Below, piece by piece: positions 58,145 through 64,000 of a stretch of DNA of 64,000 bases. The DNA is from an uncultured Gemmatimonadales bacterium (lineage in GTDB: Bacteria; Gemmatimonadota; Gemmatimonadetes; Longimicrobiales; RSA9). The notes beneath the pieces are model-generated. The model did not search any database. It saw nothing but the letters and a program-made list of their open reading frames with translations, and was not told where the DNA came from. The stretch lies in contig CAWAMW010000002.1 in assembly GCA_963783305.1 (NCBI GenBank), forward strand, positions 96,001 to 160,000, written 5' to 3'. The position numbers and the translations under genes are program-made. Within the stretch, counting starts at the first letter, position 1. Every line of letters begins with the position of its first letter.

Positions 58145-59098
58145 CTAGTGAACCGGCGGGTGCGGCCGGCGCCCGGGCGAACCCCCGGAGGAGTCGGTGA
58201 GGGTCGGTGCGACGCCATTACCGCTGGCGCGGCGCGTACGTCGACCGGCGGACCCCCGCAGTCCCGGCTCGCCACCCCCACCGCCCGATCCGCCGCTGAT
58301 CGCCCTCTTCCCGTTCGCCGGATTCCGCTCGGACGCCGCGAGGCGGTGCCCCTGCCAGCACCTGTGCCGGCGACGGACGACCTCGGCGGAGACCTCGGCG
58401 GGAGTGCCCGGGGCGATGGGCGTGTGAAGATCCCTGCGCTGCGTCAGGTCCCGGACCACCGAGTCGACGAACGGGAGTGGCGACTGCAGATGCTCCTCGA
58501 TGTACGACGGGATGTCGATGCTCTCGAGCCGCAGGTGCAGCGACTTGAACAGCTTGGGCCGGGAAGCGCCCGGCCGGAACACATGGTGCAATCCGCCGCT
58601 GTAGGCCAGAATCATCCGGCCGGTGCGAATGGACCGCAGGACCTCGGCGACGCCCGGCTTCACTGTCATGACCGCACCCTTCTTGTCGCGGCCATCAGGG
58701 CGCATCATCCGTCCTTCCGGGAACAGCGCCACCATGGACTCCGGGTCGTCGATCTCGCTCAGGACCCGGCTCCAGCTCTGGTCGCGCCGACGTGTGATCG
58801 GCACCGCGTTCGGGATCAGGAGCCTGAAGATGCGACCTTCGAGGGGCCGGTCCATGGTCTCCTGCGCCACCGGTAGCACCGCGTGCTCCGCCATCTTCTT
58901 GAGGATGCCGTTCGGCACCACGGCGAGGTAGACGCCCTCGGCCAGACTGGTGTGATGGAGCACCGCAATGAGTCGCACGCCCGCCCACGGATCGGACGGG
59001 ACGTCCCCGACCCACTCCTGCCGGATGTCGTACAGCCCCCTGCTGGCGTACTTGACGGCGAGCAGCGCCGAGTAACTCGGTAGGGTGGTCACGTCCAT
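58145..59098 (-). CDS. PlsC-like phospholipid/glycerol acyltransferase
   Basis: HHTSLAE (HxxxxD/E), FPEGRM; low-complexity C-terminal tail makes the 3' end uncertain. Confidence 0.7.
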   Translation of the reverse strand: MDVTTLPSYSALLAVKYASRGLYDIRQEWVGDVPSDPWAGVRLIAVLHHTSLAEGVYLAVVPNGILKKMAEHAVLPVAQETMDRPLEGRIFRLLIPNAVPITRRRDQSWSRVLSEIDDPESMVALFPEGRMMRPDGRDKKGAVMTVKPGVAEVLRSIRTGRMILAYSGGLHHVFRPGASRPKLFKSLHLRLESIDIPSYIEEHLQSPLPFVDSVVRDLTQRRDLHTPIAPGTPAEVSAEVVRRRHRCWQGHRLAASERNPANGKRAISGGSGGGGGEPGLRGSAGRRTRRASGNGVAPTLTDSSGGSPGRRPHPPVH

Positions 59099-59322
59099 GA
59101 ACGGCGACTCCGGCTTATGCGGTGCTATGCCCGTGATCTCTGCAAGACACCGACCAGAGCCAACCGTGTCAAGAGCTGGGCGCAGGCGACGCGCCGTCCT
59201 CCGGACCCGCCCGCGGCCTCCCATCCTGCGCACGGCGGGCCGGAAGGGAGAAGGCGAAAACCGTCTCGCCGTCGGGGAACTCGGCCCACACCTCTCCGCC
59301 CACGCCGCGGAGCGAGGCGATG

Positions 59323-59358
59323 AAAAAGCGGGGGCGACCAACCGCGTCGCCCCCGCTC
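59323..59358 (-). terminator. Intrinsic terminator of the SusC/D operon
   Basis: AGCGGGGGCGAC...GTCGCCCCCGCT stem with a T run on the minus strand. Confidence 0.85.
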
Positions 59359-59397
59359 ATCCTGCCTGGCCCTACTGCGACCAGCTATTTCATGCGA

Positions 59398-60249
59398 TTA
59401 CTGGGCCGTGTACACCGTGGTCCAGACGGCCCCGGCCGCACCGCAGCACGTCAGGGTCACGTTCATGGTCAGCACGTCGGCCGCCAGGTCATAGCTGCCG
59501 GTGATATCCGACGTCACACCGCCACCCACCGCAGTGGGCGAAAACTCGACGCTGCCGTCGGAGTAAACGTTGAACGCCCACGGGATCGGGTCACCGAAGA
59601 GCTCGTAGGCGTAATCGGAGATCTGGTACCGGTAGTCGGTACCCCCGATGGTCACAGGACTCTCGGTGATCTCTACCGGCGGGATCGCGCCCGCACCGAA
59701 GTCACCGCTCACGCTCCCGGTGTACACTCCCTCGGTGATGTCCGCGGGACCCGGGATGACCGTCAGCTCGAACTCGGTGAAGTCGCCTAGGTATCCCACC
59801 GTGATGGGATTCCCGTCCACCGTCTGCGCCGAGGTCATCTGGATGACGACCGTGCGGCCGACCGTTGCGCTCGTGGGCACGTAGATCCAAAACATGCCCT
59901 GCGGTTCCTCGAGATTCGGATCGGAGTCGATCATCAGCGTCCCGCCCGCCGCCGTAATATCGGAGCGGGGGGAGCCGTTGGCGTCCATGACCACGAAATC
60001 CTCGCCGTACACCGCGTCGCCACCGAAGGTGATGTCGATCTCGACATCCTCTTCAGGACGAGTCGTCAGCGCCCCGTAGACGACCCCGGTCGTGCTTCCG
60101 TGCGAGCCGTTGACGGCCCGCGGGGCTTCGAAGCCGACCCAGGCCGGCGCAAACTCGCCGAACTCCTGAACCGGATTCGTGATGTCTTCGCACCCGACCA
60201 TGACCACCGCGGTCATCGCCAGGGCACCTATGATCTTGAATGTTCTCAT
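59398..60249 (-). CDS. Surface lipoprotein associated with SusC/SusD
   Basis: Lipobox MVGC, beta-rich sequence, directly downstream of susD. Confidence 0.75.
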   Translation of the reverse strand: MRTFKIIGALAMTAVVMVGCEDITNPVQEFGEFAPAWVGFEAPRAVNGSHGSTTGVVYGALTTRPEEDVEIDITFGGDAVYGEDFVVMDANGSPRSDITAAGGTLMIDSDPNLEEPQGMFWIYVPTSATVGRTVVIQMTSAQTVDGNPITVGYLGDFTEFELTVIPGPADITEGVYTGSVSGDFGAGAIPPVEITESPVTIGGTDYRYQISDYAYELFGDPIPWAFNVYSDGSVEFSPTAVGGGVTSDITGSYDLAADVLTMNVTLTCCGAAGAVWTTVYTAQ

Positions 60250-60278
60250 GGTTACCTTTTTTCCTGGCTATGGTCTGA

Positions 60279-61790
60279 TCAGGGCATTATCGGAGTGTTT
60301 GGCTCGAACCACATGGGCGTGCCCGTGTAGCCCACGCCCATTGCCGGCGTGTTCGGGTTCGACGAAACCTCGCCCGGCGGGTACGGATAGCGCCGGATGA
60401 TCGTACCCAGCGCCGCCTGCACGGGGAGCGGAATCTTCGGATAGTGCGTGCGCTTGATGTGCACCCAGTTCTCCGGCGACCGCTCGAACACCTCCACGTA
60501 CTCCTGGCCCCAGACCAGCTCCTGCCAGTTCGTGGCGCTCAGATCCGGGAACGACCCCAGGAAGGTCTGCTGCTCCGCCTCCGGGATCGAACCGGGCTTG
60601 CCGTTGAACCAGTCCATGGACAGCCCGATGCCGGTCTCGAACGACGTCTGAGCGCCCTCGAAATCGCCCGTCGAGGCCAGGAACTCCGCCTCGTACAGCC
60701 AGACCTCGGCCGCCGTGGCGATACGGCTCGGGAAGTCCGGCCGCATGATGTTCTGGCTCACCGTCGACCAGTCGCTCCCCGCGGTGGCACCCGGCAGCTG
60801 GCCGAAGTGCTCCGTGGTCAGGTACTGGCAGTCCGGGCACGTGTCGTAGTCCACCGGCGGAGCGAAATACGTGTCCAGCCGCGGATCGTCCTGCGACTTC
60901 ATCAGATCCACGAGTGTAGCGCCCGCCTTCAGGTACCACTGACCGCCGATCTCATCCGTGAACCCGCCGTACTGGTTGTTGAGCTTCCACCAGTGATTGG
61001 CGTTGTTGGGCTCGGTGAAGAACGGGATCGAAGCGTTGTCGGCGTTCGTCCGGATCAGCGGCCGATCGAGCAGCGCGCGGATCTCCGAGTCCACCGACGG
61101 GTCCTGGTTCCGGATCATCATCAGCGTCCGGAGCTTGATCGTGTTGGCGAACATTTCCCACTGCTCCATGTCGCCGCCGTAGATCAGATCGCCGAACTCC
61201 ACGCCCGCGAGGGCGCTCGGGCTCGTGTCGATCATGTCGATCGCGCCGTCCAGCATGTCGACCAGACCGCGCAGCACCGTCTCCTGGTCATCGAAAACCG
61301 GCTGCGGGTACTCCTCCGGCTGCAGCGCCTGCGTGAACGGGATCTCGCCCCACACGCCGGTCAGCATCCAGTAGACGTACGCCGACAGGATCTCCGCCTG
61401 CGCCGCCACATTCGGCCGCGCCGGGCTCGCCTCGAGGGCGTCATCCCGCATGAGCGCCAGGTTCTTCAGCGCCCCGTTGTAGAAGGAGAACCAGGTGTTG
61501 CCGGCCGTAAACGAGCTGATGTTGTAGCGCTCGTTGCTCATGAACGTGCCACCGGCCGAGTTGTCACTCGCCCAAATGTTCGAGATCAGGGCCGTGGTCG
61601 TGCCCATCTCGATCGTGCGATTAGACCCGATGTCCACCAGCGCGGTCGGGATGAGCAGGTCGCCGGAGATCTCCGTCGCCGCGTCCGGATCCGTGTTGAT
61701 GTCCAGGTCGAGCAGGTCGCCACAACCCGCCAATGCCGGGATCAACCCCAGCATCAGCATCAGTAGATATGGCCTTCTGAGTTTTAGCAT
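60279..61790 (-). CDS. SusD/RagB family nutrient-binding lipoprotein
   Basis: Lipobox LAGC, INTDP, WGEIPFTQA, DLIYGGD..W..FANTIKLR, RRYPYP. Confidence 0.9.
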   Translation of the reverse strand: MLKLRRPYLLMLMLGLIPALAGCGDLLDLDINTDPDAATEISGDLLIPTALVDIGSNRTIEMGTTTALISNIWASDNSAGGTFMSNERYNISSFTAGNTWFSFYNGALKNLALMRDDALEASPARPNVAAQAEILSAYVYWMLTGVWGEIPFTQALQPEEYPQPVFDDQETVLRGLVDMLDGAIDMIDTSPSALAGVEFGDLIYGGDMEQWEMFANTIKLRTLMMIRNQDPSVDSEIRALLDRPLIRTNADNASIPFFTEPNNANHWWKLNNQYGGFTDEIGGQWYLKAGATLVDLMKSQDDPRLDTYFAPPVDYDTCPDCQYLTTEHFGQLPGATAGSDWSTVSQNIMRPDFPSRIATAAEVWLYEAEFLASTGDFEGAQTSFETGIGLSMDWFNGKPGSIPEAEQQTFLGSFPDLSATNWQELVWGQEYVEVFERSPENWVHIKRTHYPKIPLPVQAALGTIIRRYPYPPGEVSSNPNTPAMGVGYTGTPMWFEPNTPIMP

Positions 61791-61811
61791 CTGTTTCCTC
61801 AATATCTGAAT

Positions 61812-64000
61812 TTAGAACCGCGCCTCGACGTTGAACCCGAACGACCGCGTGGACGGCAGAACGTTCCACTCGATCCCCTGCCCGTTCGACGCGGAGCCGA
61901 ACTGGCCGGTGTCGGGGTCGATGTGCGGGACCTTCTTGTAGAAGAGCCACAGGTTGCGACCCTCGACGCCCACTGAGAGGCTGCCGAACGGCGTGCCGGT
62001 GAGCCACCTGCGCGGCAGCGTCCAGTCGAGCCGCACCTCACGAACGCGCGCGCTCGAAGCGTCGAACACGTTCCCCTCGTGAATGCCGCTGTCCGAGTAC
62101 CGGTTCCAGAAGGCCTGCATGCTCTGGACGGGCACGTCGTTGGGCACGTACGTCGTGTCACCGCTCTCGACCACCTGGATCACACCCTCATCGATGAAGG
62201 TGCCATCGCGGTTCACGGCGGTCTCCTCCGCCAGACCGTTGCGGCGCAGCATACCCACGGTGTTCGAGAAGATGCTGCCGCCCTCGCGCCAGTCGATCAG
62301 GAAGCTGCCCGTCACCGGCCCGAAGCTCAGCGTGTTGCTCACACCGATCTTGAAGTCGGGGTCGATGCTGCCCAGACGGATGATCTCGCCCTCCTGCCGC
62401 AGACCCGTGTTGGGATCGATGAGGATCTGGCCCGCATCGTTGCGCAGGAACCCGGGGCCGTAGAGCCCGAGCGACTGGCCCGGCACGGCCTTCACCTGGA
62501 GCGAGTTGAACCCGCTCGCGATGTTGAGCTCCTCCACGCCCGGAGCCAGCGACACGACCCTGTTCTTGTTGGTCGTGTAGTTCGCATCCACGCGCCAGCT
62601 GAAGTCGCGCATCCGCAGCGGCGTCAGGTTGACCGCGAGCTCGATCCCCTCATTGGAGACCTCACCGATGTTGGTGCGGTTCTGCGAGAAGCCCGTGGTC
62701 TGTGGGATCGGGATCGAGATGATCTGATCCTCGGTCCGCACGTCGTAGTACGTCAGGTCGAAGCCCGCGCGGCCGTTGAAGAGCTGCACCTCCGTGCCGA
62801 CCTCGTACGACGTCTGGTTCTGCGGCTTCAGATTGCTCGGCGGAATCGTGTTCGTCGCCTCGAAGCCGGTCCGCCCACCGAACGGGAAGGCGTTGTGCGT
62901 GGCGTACTGCCCCCAGATCTGCGAGGACGGGAAGTACCGGAAGTCCAGCTGGTACGGATCCTCGTCGCTGCCGACCTGCGCCCAGTTGGCGCGCACCTTC
63001 ATGTACGAGAGCACGTCACCGGCGATGTTGAACGCATCGGTCGGGATGAAGCTCACGTTCACCGACGGGTAGAAGAACGAGTTGTTCGCCTCCGGCAGCG
63101 TGGACGACCAGTCGTTACGCCCGGTCACGTTCAGGAACAGGTAGTCCCTGTAGCCCAGCGTCGCGTCGGCGAAGATCCCGTAGAGCTTCCGCTCCCAGTA
63201 GCTGTTCGTCGGCGTGCTGGAGTTCGCGTTGGCGAAGTTGTAGAGACCGGCGACCATGAGGCCACTGGCGACGTTCCGCTGGATCTCGCGCTCGCGCCAG
63301 TTCCAGTTCACGCCCAGGACCGTGCGGAGGTTGAAGTCCTCGTTCAGGTCCGTGCCCATCTCCGTCATGAGGTCGTAGTTCAGCTGCCGCTCCTGGATCA
63401 CGTCCAGGGAGAAGGCACCGTCATCACGACCGACCGTGCCGATGGCCGAGATGGCCCGGCGGTCCTCGGTGTAGCTGTCGAGACCGAACCGGCCGGTCAC
63501 CGTCATCCAGTCGAGGGGTGAGTAGTCCACCGACGCGCTTCCGAAGACACGGTCGACCTCGTTCTCGAACGGGTTCTCGTTCACCACCCAGTACGGGTTG
63601 TTGGAGAACGTGCCCACCGTCTTCTGGTTGCCCAGCTCGTCCTTGTAGTCCTTGAGCGCATCGATGTTGAACGTGCGGGGCAGCCCGTAGACCAGCGGCA
63701 GCAGCACGTTGGGATCGTTGCTCCCCGAGACCGCGCGGCCGATGCTCCCGGTGTTGATGTAGAAGCCCGACAGACGCGCGTTCAGCTCCGGCAGCAGCTT
63801 GTAGCCGGTGTTTACGTTGATCGACGTCCGGTTCAGCTTGCTCTGTGGCACCAGGCCCGCCTGGTCCTGATACGTCACGCCGAGGCGGAAGTCCGCTTCG
63901 TCGCTCGCCGCCGAAACCGAGACGCTGTGGATCGCCAGCAGCGCGTTGTCGAAGAAGTTCTCGACGTTGTTGGGCTGCGCGTTCAGGTTCACCATCTCGC
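61812..64000 (-). CDS. SusC/RagA family TonB-linked outer-membrane protein (5' part outside window)
   Basis: RNDWSSTLP..NSFFYPS, NIGEVSNEGIE, GRNLW, PSTRSFGFNVEARF. Confidence 0.93.
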   Translation of the reverse strand, partial: EMVNLNAQPNNVENFFDNALLAIHSVSVSAASDEADFRLGVTYQDQAGLVPQSKLNRTSINVNTGYKLLPELNARLSGFYINTGSIGRAVSGSNDPNVLLPLVYGLPRTFNIDALKDYKDELGNQKTVGTFSNNPYWVVNENPFENEVDRVFGSASVDYSPLDWMTVTGRFGLDSYTEDRRAISAIGTVGRDDGAFSLDVIQERQLNYDLMTEMGTDLNEDFNLRTVLGVNWNWREREIQRNVASGLMVAGLYNFANANSSTPTNSYWERKLYGIFADATLGYRDYLFLNVTGRNDWSSTLPEANNSFFYPSVNVSFIPTDAFNIAGDVLSYMKVRANWAQVGSDEDPYQLDFRYFPSSQIWGQYATHNAFPFGGRTGFEATNTIPPSNLKPQNQTSYEVGTEVQLFNGRAGFDLTYYDVRTEDQIISIPIPQTTGFSQNRTNIGEVSNEGIELAVNLTPLRMRDFSWRVDANYTTNKNRVVSLAPGVEELNIASGFNSLQVKAVPGQSLGLYGPGFLRNDAGQILIDPNTGLRQEGEIIRLGSIDPDFKIGVSNTLSFGPVTGSFLIDWREGGSIFSNTVGMLRRNGLAEETAVNRDGTFIDEGVIQVVESGDTTYVPNDVPVQSMQAFWNRYSDSGIHEGNVFDASSARVREVRLDWTLPRRWLTGTPFGSLSVGVEGRNLWLFYKKVPHIDPDTGQFGSASNGQGIEWNVLPSTRSFGFNVEARF

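Overview
High-GC bacterial chromosomal window. Gene content (SusC/SusD pair, M56-TonB fusion, leishmanolysin-like lipoprotein, PEP-CTERM protein, waaA) suggests a diderm, probably Gemmatimonadota (inference). From left to right: an EAL gene end, a MutS-like ATPase, a waaA-moaD-moeB operon, an orphan adenine methylase, a frameshifted AbiEi/DUF559 gene, a BlaI/BlaR1-TonB pair, and leuS preceded by a heptamer repeat. Next come a single-strand cluster of 19 tRNA genes, a divergent MTA/5'-deoxyadenosine salvage cluster (deaminase, phosphorylase, isomerase, aldolase), SCO/PCuAC copper chaperones and tRNA-Ser(CGA). An 11-kb accessory region (about 28.4-39.7 kb) is punctuated by two displaced copies of the 3' end of a Zn-alcohol dehydrogenase gene and carries a c-di-GMP module and decayed surface-protein genes. 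A TetR-led operon joins a TonB receptor, a PHB-depolymerase-family esterase, a sodium symporter, two acyl-CoA ligases, a MaoC hydratase and a non-canonical KAS III. Peptidases and the end of a SusC/SusD locus close the window. The best novelty candidates are the putative polyester (PHA) utilization locus with its altered KAS III, the integrase-less insertion hotspot at the adh 3' end, and the structured spacer inside the tRNA cluster. All family assignments come from motif recognition by eye, not database searches.
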